A stretch of DNA of 64,000 nucleotides from positions 62,001 through 126,000 of the forward strand of contig JAPETS010000023.1 of NCBI GenBank assembly GCA_026023565.1, read 5' to 3'. Numbering within the stretch: position 1 is the first letter of the stretch; each line of letters starts with the position of its first letter. The translations under genes were made by a program, and so were the position numbers. Below, piece after piece: positions 37,047-49,301 of this stretch. Under the pieces are notes generated by a model. The model was given only the letters and a program-made list of their open reading frames with translations. It made no database searches and was not told the origin of the DNA. The stretch is from Cirrosporium novae-zelandiae. Taxonomy: Eukaryota.

Positions 37047-38906
37047 TCAGAAGACTGCTCCACCAATAATAAATATTCTTTCCTGTTCCCTTGTAACCCA
37101 TTGCACAACCTGATTTGCACTCTGTGCCAAGGCATTCTTTGCAACATTCGGCCCTGCCACACAATACAACTCAAATTGAGGCGTCACCCATGCGAGCGAG
37201 GTTGCTGGCTTTGAGATGCAATGATGAACTTTCACATGCGCGTTTTTCGCGTGCACGGCAGCGTGAAGGGTGCTATAGAGTGATAAAAGTTTGCGCTGAG
37301 AGATAAGAGTGGGGTAATGGGGGTTGAAGGAGGGCATTACAAATTGGACGTTACGTCTAGATTTGTACAAAAAGTGTCGGAGGGCAGTTCCGGGAACGAT
37401 ATCTGTGATTGTAAGACGCCCAGGACGGACGGCATTTTTAAGGATGGACATATTCCCACTGCTTTCAAGTTGGGAGACGACTTCGTCACGCATGGTACGC
37501 ATTTCAAAGAAGCTTTCGCGGCCGGCGCTGACAAGGATGATGGCGATTTCGTCTTCTTTTCCAGAAGCACTGCGGCCAATGGAGTTCGGGGTCGATTGTT
37601 GCTGGGCTGCAGTACTGTCTTCAGACAGATCAATGAAGCTAACATACATATAAAGGAATCCTTGGTTATTGAATCCAGGCAGGCATAGAGGGATCCAGTT
37701 CTCTCCTCCAGCTGCTTTAACTCCATCAGCTTCGAAGAGCATATTGAAAATCAACTGGAGATCTCCAGGATGGAGCGAGTGGCGTTTGGGTCGGATCACG
37801 CTGACAAGGCGACCACCGGCTACGATTAGACCGTAAAGGAGAGAGTCGGCACGAGCCTTGAGGAGAATATTATTGATAGCTGATCTGTGGGATTTCGGCA
37901 GTTTGAGACATTCCAAAGAAGACAACAACGCAGGCGCAGAGCCGCGAGTGAATGTGTCTGCTAATGCCGATAAGAGAACCTCGGTCCCTTGTAAGGGGCG
38001 TCGCAGGTCTGTGGATGGTTTGTTGGAAAATATGCGAGTCAAAGTGGGGAGTGTTAATGTTGAAAGGATCTGCATATATAGGGCTTCAAGCTGGAGACGA
38101 AGCTGAGCATCACTTTCACGGAGCCGGCTGATGGCCACAAGATATAGTGGTCCTTCAGAGAGAATAACAAATCGGGCTTTGCCTGCTGTAAAAGCCCTCA
38201 GTTGGCCATGTTCCTCTTCGTAGAAGGAAATGATTGTCTGAATTATCCCGATGTACGGGGAAATGAGATTATCGTCTCCATGTCTGTTGTATATAGGTTT
38301 GCCAGCGGCAGATAAGATGATAAATTGCTTTCTTTTTGATTTCCATGCATTAAGTAGTGTTCCTTCATTAGCCCGGTCATGGTCTAGATCATCCAGTTCC
38401 TCAAATTCTTGCTCAAAGTCATCTAATGTTTCAGATGTTATGTTAGACATTTCATCTAGGTGAGCCCTTTCCAGTCGACTCCCGAACAGGTTCGCAGCCG
38501 GACTTCCCTGACCTGTACTGAGGATATCTCCTAGTATTCCTTCAAGATCCCCATCTCCATCCTGAGTGGCTGCATAGCTCAAAACGCTGTTGGTATCTCC
38601 AGCATCGCTTTTGTGGCTCTCAGCATGGCTCAAATTGCTCAAGGAAGCTGCGTGCTTCACAGATTGGGTATCGGGAGCGGGAGAAGCAAAAGTCTCCCGT
38701 GCGCCATCGCGAAATCCTTGCGTTTGTATATCTGTCAATTGAATAGCCGTAGTTGGCTGGGGCAGCAATTGGTGTCTTGAGGTCTTGGGAATGCGCAGGT
38801 TCCCTAGGGACGTTGTCGGTCTGGATTCTGGGGAGCTGGGAGCAGTCGGTCGGGGAGGAAGCGGAGGTGGTCGCTCTGTGCTATGATCGGATTCAAGATC
38901 GGACAT
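37047..38906 (-). CDS. MON1: Vacuolar fusion protein Mon1 (SAND family, Ypt7/Rab7 GEF subunit)
   Basis: 619-aa ORF with FIILSAAGKPIY, QILSTLT, DLRRPLQGT, HSLHPGDLQL, ENWIPLCLP and terminal IIGGAVF. Confidence 0.95.
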   Translation of the reverse strand: MSDLESDHSTERPPPLPPRPTAPSSPESRPTTSLGNLRIPKTSRHQLLPQPTTAIQLTDIQTQGFRDGARETFASPAPDTQSVKHAASLSNLSHAESHKSDAGDTNSVLSYAATQDGDGDLEGILGDILSTGQGSPAANLFGSRLERAHLDEMSNITSETLDDFEQEFEELDDLDHDRANEGTLLNAWKSKRKQFIILSAAGKPIYNRHGDDNLISPYIGIIQTIISFYEEEHGQLRAFTAGKARFVILSEGPLYLVAISRLRESDAQLRLQLEALYMQILSTLTLPTLTRIFSNKPSTDLRRPLQGTEVLLSALADTFTRGSAPALLSSLECLKLPKSHRSAINNILLKARADSLLYGLIVAGGRLVSVIRPKRHSLHPGDLQLIFNMLFEADGVKAAGGENWIPLCLPGFNNQGFLYMYVSFIDLSEDSTAAQQQSTPNSIGRSASGKEDEIAIILVSAGRESFFEMRTMRDEVVSQLESSGNMSILKNAVRPGRLTITDIVPGTALRHFLYKSRRNVQFVMPSFNPHYPTLISQRKLLSLYSTLHAAVHAKNAHVKVHHCISKPATSLAWVTPQFELYCVAGPNVAKNALAQSANQVVQWVTREQERIFIIGGAVF

Positions 38907-39350
38907 CTTGCTGTGCTGTGTGCTGTCTGCCTATACTGAGGATACGCAGCTTCATTATTCTTGAGCTTAATCGCTTATAGACAATTGGCAGTGAATGTAA
39001 AACAAACAATTCATTCTAATGAAAGACATTAAATCTAATTGCAGCTCTAAGAAAAATTTTTATATAGCTAATATCACATCGAATCGATCATTATGTTGAG
39101 TGGGGTATTGAGGTCGTATGAAGGGTGTGTATGAAAGTGTGCAGAATGCATTGCGTACGAAGTCACGGAAGGGAGGAGCTACGAGTGAATAACTCAAAGC
39201 CCCAGAATTCCAAACACGTAATCGGTTGTTAAAGCTCAACCTTTCTCATGATACATGTCAATTCCCTATACGACAATTCAGTCTTTCTAATTTACGAAAC
39301 GGATTTTCAACCTATGTGATATGAAAGAGTAAGAGTTCAATGTTTCCAGA

Positions 39351-42300
39351 ATGGTTCCTGAGCCGAATGGTGCTCTGAGATCAGCATCTCCAGTCAGCTC
39401 TGGACACTCAACCCCGAACATTTCTACTCGACGATATAGAGACAATGATGGTTAGCTTACCTCTATGATTTTAATAGCATATCACTAATGTCTAATTAAT
39501 AGAATTATTTGCAAAGGACAAACACTACCGTCGCTATGCCTCTGGTATTGAAAGAGCTCTGTCTCTCTTTGATACAGCTCTACAGGAATGGGCGGACTAC
39601 ATATCTTTCTTAGGTCGATTATTGAAGGTTAGCTCCAACTGGAAATACCTCTCTGGGCTATATAAAACATTGACCGCCCCCTCCTCGATAGGCCCTCCAG
39701 GCGCGCCCGTCTACAATCGCAGCAGTGCCCAGCAAAGCAATAGTTGCAAAGAGATTGGCACAATGCCTAGACCCTACACTTCCCTCAGGTGTTCATCAAA
39801 AAGCTCTGGAGGTTTATGGCTATATATTTTCTTTCATACCGGTATGCAATTTGGCGGAGACTATTACTTCAGTCCCAAGCTAACCAGACCCCTAGAAAAC
39901 CGACCTTGGTCAAGATTTGAGACTATACCTCCTCGGGCTCTCCACTGTCCTGTCCTTTGCTTCTTTATCTGTCAGGCCGCATTTCCTCTCCCTGTTCGAG
40001 CATTACATACTACCTTTAGATCCCCAGGATGTTCGTCCAGCTTTGAAAGCCATCATCCTTGCGCTTTTGCCAGGGCTTGAAGAAGAAACAAGTGAGGACT
40101 TCGATCGGAACTTACGACTGCTAGACGGTTTCAGGGCTTCGTTTGATAATGCTGGGAGTGAAAAACTGAATGATGGATACCCTAATGGCGCTTACTTTTG
40201 GCAGTGCTTCTTTCTGGCCTCAATAACGGCCCCCAATAGGAGGCTTGGTGCCCTTGCCTACCTAACTCGATACTTACCTAGGCTTGGTTCATCCTCCGGT
40301 GAAGCTTCGGCTCTCAAGGACCAAGGCCCATCTTTAGCCGATGAAGATGCCGTTACATCTCCTGAGCCAGGGTTATTGATTCGCTGCTTTGCGGCTGGAC
40401 TTGGAGATGAGCAACTTCTCATTCAGAGGGGGTTTCTCGATCTATTAGTCACACACCTACCGCTTCATTCCCCTGTCTTGGATTCCAAGGTGACTGCTGA
40501 AGATCGACAAAGGCTTGTTGCCGCAGCTGCAGGTGTTGTTGTACGTAGGGATATGAGTCTTAACAGGAGACTATGGTCATGGTTCTTAGGACCAGAAATT
40601 CTACCTCAACCTAGCAGCGAGCCTGCAGCAGATGAAAAATCGCTAGAACCGCTGGAAGATAAGGATACGTCGAGTAAATCATCTTTTGGCCGTCAAGCTG
40701 AATATTTCCGACATTATGGTCTTGAACCCCTTACGAAAAGTATCCTTATAATGATCGGCAAGAAGTCAGAAAACCCAGCGGACCGAGCAAAACCGTTTCG
40801 AATCTGCTTGTCATTGATGGATAGATGGGAAATAGGGGGCCAGGTTGTCCCCCAGGTCTTCCTACCCCTGATTTCAGACGTTCAACACTATCACAATTCC
40901 AACTCTTCCAAGGATATGTTCTTGGAACTATTTCGCAGCGCTAGCGTCTTCTTCGATGGGGTTGAAAGTGGGCTCATTTGGAGCGAAATTTTTGGGCTAA
41001 TATCTAAAGCTTTTGAGAAGCTAGGTGATGATGCTTCCGTCGAAGAGGCGCTATCCAATTTAGAACTTGTCGACTTCATGGTGACTCAGTTCAACGTACG
41101 CGAAGAGGAGATGTTGGTGTCTCACATGCCATTGATCCTCCTTGCTCTACTCGCAATGTTATCTGAACGCGACACTAAGCCGGACAAAACTGAAAGAGAT
41201 CGTAAATTCTTAGCAACCGGATTACAAATTATTGTCCGCCTAGCAGAACTTATCCCGGAACGAGCCTTCGTTGCTGCCCCTGGCGCAACTTCATCAAATG
41301 CTCTTGGACAGCAGGGTCATCAATGGATGGTAGGAAATGACGAGATCTTGAAAAGCGTGTCCAAGTTTTATCAACGTAATCATGGAAGCACTGAGGGCGG
41401 AGGTCCTCCTTTCTCGGCTGCAGATACTGCATTCTTTTTAACACGAAGCTGCTGCCGTCTTGTGATGTCTAGGCTTAACGGTAGTTCGTCGCTAGAAATA
41501 AGAGTGAGAGTATTCACTACTCTTATCCACAAAGTACCTCAAATAGAGGCACTAAAAAGCGAAGAACATGTCCCGGCACTCCTTAGCTTACTTCGGACCA
41601 AATTATACGATCTTGACTCGGGCATGTCCTTTCAAGATATGTCCTCCCTATGCTCTATTACAATAGCCCTATATTATGCGCATGCTCCCGGTTTCTATAT
41701 TTCATATAGTGAATTATGTGAAACTACTACTTGGCTTGTTAGGCAACTATGGTTGCATCTATCTCCGTCAAGACCAGGTCATCATGTTGAAACAGTGCGG
41801 TGTCTATGGCAACTGCAGTCTCTAACAGCCGAAGACCGAACTGTTGAAGCATCCATAACAGACCTTATGGTCATGTTCAAGGGAGAATCAAAAACAAGAC
41901 TCGAGTATATCAAAAGATTTACGGTCATTTGGAACCACGCTAGTCAGCTTGAAGATGGAGGCTATGGGCTTGTAATGCCTTCATTATCATCAGCCTTTGC
42001 CACCCTTCCCACTTCCAACCCTAGTATGGAGATGCTTATACGTCCACTCTTTCTTGTTCTGGGTGAACTTCGTCAAGAAAGGACAGAGACATCAATCTTC
42101 ATTAGAGGCTGGTTGAAGAGTCTTCCGAGCATAAACAAGATCTTCCAAGTACTTATCTATCGTCTCCAGAGTTTTGCTATCTGCCAAGAAATCCCCCTTC
42201 CAGCATTAGAAAAGAAGAACGAAGGGCTTTTCTTACAATCTCGTGAAGATTTGAGCGAATGCCAGTATTACTTAGAAACATTTCGTCTTCTTCTCCGCAC

Positions 42301-45252
42301 TTTATCAAGTCATGGATGGGAAATGTTTTCCGCTGTAGCGAAGAAGATACTCCCAAAGTTAAGACAGCAAACTTCACTACCAGAAGAAACAGAAGACCAA
42401 TTGCGAAATGCTGATGTATCTTTATCGGTAGCCCAAGATCCGGAAACCCCCACGGAATCGACGTCTTTTCATGCTCAACTTGTTCAATTCTGCATCCGTA
42501 TCGTTAGTTCTGATCTACTCAATCAACGATATGAGTCTACTCTTGAGTTAAAGGAACTTCAGGCGACCGCTCTGCAGATCCTTCATCAGATTTTCCAGGG
42601 TCCTTCAAACGCCTTTTTGGCGGAGATGCAGCTTGACATAATTCTCTTAGAGCTTCTTTCTGCCTCCCTTGAAATGGCCTCCAACTCTATTCAGATTTCA
42701 CTGGTTACTGTTGTCCTAGAAGCTTTGAGATTAAAATATAGCAATATACCAGCTCCGCAAACCCCTTCGCAGAGAAGATCATCTAGGGATACCATCAGAA
42801 GTTTTACACGGTTATCTCTGGCGATCGATAGGGGTGGAAAGGAATCTCCTAGTTACCAATTGCCATCCCCCCCTCCCCCCCTCTTTGAGTGTCTGTTGAA
42901 AGGCCTTACCGCGGAATGTTGTCGTCCTATACTTGAGCTTTGGGTTGAATTTGTTGTACAATGCTTGCCGTTTTACCATCATGTAATATTTCAAGTCCTC
43001 TTACCTCTTGTTACTTGTTTCTGTAAGCAAATAAGGGAAATGTTCAAGAAGCTACAGTCCAGATTCGAGCCTTCTGGTGAGGCAGATGATGTTGCACCGG
43101 ATTCATCCTTACTGGCTCTTTTGACCGGGCTTGAACAATTGTTGGCCACCGCGCATGATCGTTTGGTAGCCGCCGAGGAAGATGAGGCATTGCTCAAAGC
43201 TCCAGAACCATCTCAAGGCTTCCTAGGCAGTATGGTTTCTGGTGTTTTCATGCCTGAAAACAATCAACCACGTCGATCGAATTCCAACAATAGATTGACA
43301 GTTTTACTATGTTTCCAAGACACAATTCGAATATGTTTTGATATATGGTCATGGGGTGGTTATGGCAGTAAAAACAACCTTTCAAGTACTTCATCAGAAG
43401 CTTCATTCAATTACACCTCTTTACGAGTAAGGAATAGAGCTCGCCGAATCCTTGATCATCTATTTGGAGCCGAAACTCTCGAATCTTTAGAGACGCTTGC
43501 GACAATTTGGTGTGGCATTGATATGGAGAAGTCTCGGTCAGAGATTGGCCCCGTAATGAGTCTATTGCAAGTGCTGGACACTTCTAGACCCAAAAATACC
43601 CTACCCGCCATCTTTAATGCCATCTACAGTCGTACCAATCCTAATGCGCTCGATCCATCTCGAAAGTCCACACTTACTTCTGAAGTTTCTAGCATTGAAT
43701 TGGCCTCATTCTTGGTTGAATATGCAAGATCGATCGACGATGATGCTATTGATGAAATATGGAACGACTGTATGATATTTCTCCGAGATGTACTGACCAA
43801 TCCATTTCCCCAGCGGCAGACTCTTCCGCGATTGCTCGAATTTATTTCTGTCCTTGGAGCCAAACTTGAAAATACCAATTTTGGTGATCAACGCAAGATG
43901 CGACGTGACCTTGGTGTATGTACTATCTTTTAGTTACTCATAGGATCTGAACTGATGATTCTTAGGATGTTTTTCTTCGCCTCCTTACTGCCATATTCAC
44001 TATCAAACCTAGTTCTTCCGAGGTTTCTCTTCCTTTGCGCCAGGAGGGGACTGAGAAACCTTCCACCAACGGTCAGACAGGGGAATCTCGTCGTCGCCTG
44101 AAATCTGATGACATCGCTACCACTTTGATTGAACTAGTTCCAAACTTGTCGCTTATTCTACCCGAACCTGATCGTATGGCTTCCGCGGCAAATCAAATAT
44201 CTACGAATATCATATCTCCGACCATTCACTCGCGGACATTTCCTGGGAATTTTAACACTACGACATTGGATTTAATCAAGCAACTAACAAGAGTGCCAAA
44301 TGCCTCAAAATCGTGGAAGAAGGATGTATCAGAGACATTCAATGATCCCAGGTTCTTCGCAATGTCCCTAGCACTCGTCACTGATGGCTGGCTTGGGATA
44401 CTACGGCAATGGATACTGGCTGATAAAGAAAAACTTCTTGATATTCTTTCGCGCATCTCATCACCTACCTCTGCAGGAATTGTTTTCGGCGTTGGTGCTG
44501 CCGCAGCACGGTTAGATGCTGATCGTAAGACACAGCTCAATCTCCGAAGGGTATCACTCTTACTCCTAGCTCTTCCCGAGGACACGTTTGCCGGCACTAT
44601 TTCAAACATCAAGGAAAAAGTAGTCGACTTGCTTACCGCAACCCGCATTTCTTCTCCTTCGTCAGCTACACGAGCCGACCTTTTCATGCTACTTCGAGCG
44701 CTGATGCTCAAAACAACTCCAATACATGTTGCTGCGCTCCTGCCAATTATCAACGATGAACTGAGGTCATCATTTGAGTCGCTCTTTATTGACGAATCAT
44801 CAGACCTCTATAATGGTATTTCATTATTGCAGGCGGCTAAACTCCTTGATATGCTCCTAGTCCTTGCACCAGATGACTTTCAGCTTTACGAGTGGACGTT
44901 TATCACAGACACTATTGACGCTGTCTATCGACCTGGAAATCTACGTCCTGTCGCTGTCATTGATGAATTAGCCGAAGAGACTGGTGCCTTGAATATTCCA
45001 TCTGGAGCTGGGTCCAGTATTTTTGTCTCCCCGGAGGATGCTAGGAAAGGCCGGAGAAGACCTTTACTAGCGGTAGACGCCATCAAAACGGTACCAAACG
45101 ATGAACTAATAGAAAGGGTGCTGAGGCCATTTTTTATTCAACTGAGCATCTATGCGTTTGAAAGCACTTATAAGATGGAAGTTCCAGATCGGGATGTTTG
45201 TGTGAAAGACTTACTTGTGGATCTTTTCGACGAGAGTTCATTGGCTTCGTGA
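39351..45252 (+). CDS. DOP1: Dopey-family protein Dop1/DopA
   Basis: Introns 39451-39502, 39628-39691, 39842-39895 and 43916-43965. Dopey_N motifs QEWADYISFLGRLLK/ALQ, CLDPTLPSGVHQKALEVY, LLPGLEEETSE and RRDMSLNRRLWSW; C-terminal DFQLYEWTFITDT. Confidence 0.93.
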
Positions 45253-45725
45253 AAAGTAATCATGCTTTGTACTTGTATGTTGGGACTATGGGAACCTATT
45301 CCTAGACGGATCAATTCTAATAGAGGGAGCATTGTAGATGGCCACCAAACAATACGATCCTCAAACCCCAGTAATACTCCATTAAAAGTCACTCTCCATA
45401 ATATCCTCTCTATCATATTTTCGTAAAAAATATCAAAATGGTAAAGTAACATGGATTCAGAAGATAGAGATACCTTACGCTCGGATGAAGTCATTGTAAA
45501 TAGTACATAACCGGTTGGCCGAAAACCCTGGTAAAAGTCCCGCAGATTACGGAGCTCAAAGAGGCGAGCTTCCCCAACTCCACAGGGAACCGATTTATTA
45601 CTCCAGAATCTCCAAATTAGCCCCAACTCAGCCCACTCCGCTCCATTCGACGAGGCAAGCCTCGATTTTTCCCTTTAGCTGTGCTGGTAATATTTCACGT
45701 TACCCGCCGCCATTTATCAGACACG

Positions 45726-46331
45726 ATGATGGCCTTGCGACCATCCTTTACGATGCTCCGTTCTATAACCCGAACCCGTCCGTTCCTTCTACTCCAAACT
45801 TCCCGGAACTTCCAGACCTCGGGTCGGTTGATGGAATCTCCATCTAGAGCTTTACCTGTCAGAAAACCCATTGGTGCTTTTAGAGGAGGGTGAGTCGTGC
45901 CGATTTTGCCTACTTTGTACGCGTTTGCGCCTGCCGTGGGTTTCAATGTGGGAGTGATATCATACTTTTTTGCGGAGAGAGCTTGTCTGATATATGAATG
46001 AAGTCGCGAATGGATGGCTAACCGGCGGTTCAATATACAGATTATTTGGGTTTCTTCTCGGGGCTACTCTCGCAGGTGGATCCATCTACTACTATATACT
46101 AGGGGAGTACAAGGTGTCCAATGAGCTGCTGACCGAAGATATCTATGTACGTTTCCACTCCAGCTCAAGCCATCCCGCGGCTCTCCTTTTGAGTTTAGTT
46201 TATCGATCGATAAGAAGACTGATACAATTGAACCAACAAAATAGGCCATGCAAGCTGCAACGCAGCGTCTAAATGAGCATGTGAAGGTATTAGAGGATAA
46301 GCTGGAAACAATGGACAGAAAGAAGAAATAA
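45726..46331 (+). CDS. Small single-pass membrane protein, probably mitochondrial, function unknown
   Basis: Exons 45726-45889, 46041-46146 and 46245-46331 give an Arg/Ser/Thr-rich presequence-like N-terminus, KPIGAFRGG/LFGFLLGATLAGGSIYYYIL transmembrane segment and a C-terminal coiled coil ending DRKKK*. Splice sites are canonical and preserve frame. Confidence 0.85.
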
Positions 46332-47360
46332 GGGACAGAGTGTTTTTTTGTGGTGACTCGGGTTGCTTTAGCTTAGCTAGCAGAGCTCCGCCTGTTTTCC
46401 TACATACCTGGGCACATTGCGACATCCAATCCGACATGACATGTTCGAGAGGTGGCGAATACCGCGGAATCTCATTCAGTTGCTGGGCAGCACTTGGGTG
46501 GTGAAAAAGGCGTTTTCGTGTATTTGCATACCAAAATCGCATGCCCTTGCTTTTTCCTTATAATAACAAAGAAAGAATCAACTTCATTCCAAGTCTATTT
46601 CATAAACGTGCTTTGTTTGCTTTATTGGTTTTGTTGATCTAGGCTTTTCCTACCCCACCACTATCGTCCATAAATTCATGTCTATCTATCTCACCAAACC
46701 AGATAAAGTTGGCATGAAATCATCATATAAATCCTAGGATTTTTAGACCAAGGATGCCCTCTGAGTAACACCGTTTATACGCCTAAGATGCCAACAAACG
46801 CTCCCCACAAGATCCAAAGGCAGAGTCGGCCTGGTCTGAATGTCACAAGCAATATATCTGCATAACTTGTCTCGCTGGATTTCATCAACTTTATCCTATG
46901 CCCTATTCTCTAGCGCACGCAACAGTTTCCTTTCCGGCTCTCATGGGGATGGTACCTTGGTCATGTCACACAGGTACAAATGAACAAGCTCTCCTTTTTG
47001 CACCTCTAGTTGTACCAAATAGATGATGTAAAACTATTCTCTAATTTATCTTCACTATATTAGTTTCTATGAAAGAATTCTGGTGAGCTGGCCTCAACCT
47101 ACATGTACTTGTGCTGCTATAAGCCCCAAACACAAAAATGCTACTCCTTGTAGATCGACTATGTTCCCTTTCTCTGCATCTGACCCCTTCGTCCATCCTG
47201 GTCAAAATCACTCTCTTCCGTGTTGCGGAAGATAAACGCACTCAACTTACTATGATTCCATGGGTGTCTAGGTGCAACGACTACGGAAGATATTTTGGCA
47301 AATATATTTCAATGTAACCTAGTATATGGTCAAGTTTTTAGGTATTAGAAATGCATATGA

Positions 47361-48740
47361 TTAGGTAAGCTTCCTCGTTCCACATATTCCACAACGTCCA
47401 AAATCGCCAGGATTGAGATACCCGCTATCTCTGCAAGTCAAACTTCTGCAGCTCCAGTGATTTGGAATCAAGTCGGTTTGGAGGACATGAGAGCAGGCAA
47501 TACAGGCTGCTTGATTGGCTGAATTAATCATGGAACAGACTGGGCAGGATATTGTAGAGTATTGTTGATGTCCAAGCTTGACCTTCATTTGATTTTGGGA
47601 AGATTTTTGGGAAGAGGGTAGTGTGCTCTTGTGTGCTGGAATGCCTCGCAGGCTAAAACTATTAGTCTCCGAAAGCCCCCCTTTCTTGGAAGGGAGCAGG
47701 GAGCAATCTGATATCTGGTCTTTATGAGGCTTCCTAGAGTGATAGAAATGAATGTCTTGCAGGCTTTGCAGCTCCTCTAGTTCTCGCTTGATCTCAGGAT
47801 CGGAGGCATCCTCTCCCTCGCATATTTTAATCATACCGTGTCCTTGAGAATCCAGCAGCCTCTGGCCATTTATATCAGCGGCTTCAGCGTCAATATCAAT
47901 CTCTTCATCATCTCTTCCACTGCCGCTTTCTTCATTTGCTTCGCTCTCTTCTTTCTTAATATATTCGTATTGCTCCAGTTTTGTTTGCTTCTCCGGCTGC
48001 TGCCCGAATCTAGCAAGTGCAGCGGCAGCTCTTAATTCCCTTCCCCGCGCGCTCCCTGCGACTCTCGGTTTACCCTTAGGTTTTTTTTCGTCTTCTAGTT
48101 TCACTCTTGTGTCATTATCACCCCCAAGAGATACCCCATTTTTACCGAACTTCTTCTCTATTCTCCGTTGCTTTTGTTCGGCCCAGGTCAACTTCGGGTT
48201 CTTTCTTCTCTTTCTTCTCGATCTGTAAGTCCCACCACATAACGTATCTGGGAAGTCATTGGGATCAGCAACTTGTTGTGGTGATATGTATTTTCCACTA
48301 AGTAGTGTTTGCCCTCGGCCCCAGAGGCCATCACCCGTATATCCTCTGCCCCATAACTCCTTTAGCTGCCCAGCATACAGGTTCTTCACTTTCCAGAACT
48401 CCTTACTATGATTCATCTGGATACAATGGGCTAGTTCATGCATCATTACCATCTGTACAGTGCGAAAAGGTAGCCATTTCCCTCCTCGTGAACGTAAGAC
48501 AAGTTGTATTACTTCGCCGGCATTGAAATTTCGGCCTATAAATTCGGGATTCGGTTCGTATTCCTCAAGGGTGGTAAGAAAGAGAGAATGATCTTTCATA
48601 ATCGGATGAACAATAGCAGCGATCCGCTCGAGAAAATCGAGTGCATACTCGGATGTAAGGCCAGGTAGAGGCTTGATGAAGACGATTCGGGAATTAGGCT
48701 GAGGCCTGGGGGCATTGAGGCGCTGGATGCCAACCGGCAT
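47361..48740 (-). CDS. WSS1: WLM-domain zinc metalloprotease (Wss1-like) with C-terminal zinc fingers
   Basis: GRNFNAGEVIQLVLR and HELAH zinc motif, RAAAALARF (VIM-like), and Cys4 fingers CPVC...CIAC and CRSLTC...CGIC. Confidence 0.88.
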   Translation of the reverse strand: MPVGIQRLNAPRPQPNSRIVFIKPLPGLTSEYALDFLERIAAIVHPIMKDHSLFLTTLEEYEPNPEFIGRNFNAGEVIQLVLRSRGGKWLPFRTVQMVMMHELAHCIQMNHSKEFWKVKNLYAGQLKELWGRGYTGDGLWGRGQTLLSGKYISPQQVADPNDFPDTLCGGTYRSRRKRRKNPKLTWAEQKQRRIEKKFGKNGVSLGGDNDTRVKLEDEKKPKGKPRVAGSARGRELRAAAALARFGQQPEKQTKLEQYEYIKKEESEANEESGSGRDDEEIDIDAEAADINGQRLLDSQGHGMIKICEGEDASDPEIKRELEELQSLQDIHFYHSRKPHKDQISDCSLLPSKKGGLSETNSFSLRGIPAHKSTLPSSQKSSQNQMKVKLGHQQYSTISCPVCSMINSANQAACIACSHVLQTDLIPNHWSCRSLTCRDSGYLNPGDFGRCGICGTRKLT

Positions 48741-48844
48741 TGTTTTTTGGGGGGGGGGGCTCTCGATGGAGGAATATTCTAGATGACGGTTATAGTCTAC
48801 TTATATGTAGATTTATGCCTAGAAAAGAAGCCAGAATGGAAGTA

Positions 48845-49076
48845 CTCAGTCAATCCTAGAATGTTTGTTAGCACCCCCCACTTTTACAGGGGTCTGAACT
48901 ATCTGTATTTTAACCCGTAATTTCAATTTTCGTTGTCTTTCTTTCCCCTTCTATGGCTGCCAGGCACTCCAGGTCAGTAAAACATTGACATATTACGACA
49001 GAAATTAATGGTATAAAGCTAGAGTGTACGAGCCCTGAAGTGGGGGGTACTAACAAACTTTCTAGGATTGACTGAG
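48845..49076. mobile_element. 232-bp MITE (non-autonomous, Tc1/mariner-type ends)
   Basis: 39-bp terminal inverted repeats at 48845-48883 and 49038-49076 with 37/39 identity, flanked by TA at 48843-48844 and 49077-49078; no internal coding capacity seen. Confidence 0.88.
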
Positions 49077-49301
49077 TACAATCCTCGATGAGGTAAGGCA
49101 CTCGCGTTAAAGACCCACAGACGCTAGTCCCCGCATTTCAGCCCTACCCATTTCTACCCGTTACGTCGTTCATGCCGTTCCGCTTTTCTACCATGTGAGA
49201 GCTGTCATGCTCTTGACCTTTCGACAGAGTATTTTCATACAAAGATCTAGAGCACTTTCACATCTTTTTTTCAAATATATGACCCTGAATACTAACTAGT
49301 A

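Noticed and set aside
45890..46040. Possible C/D-box snoRNA in the 151-nt intron
   Set aside because: A CTGA is present but there is no canonical RUGAUGA box C or terminal stem.
46700..47330. Possible small spliced gene between the microprotein and WSS1
   Set aside because: Splice-like signals are present but I could not assemble a coherent reading frame.
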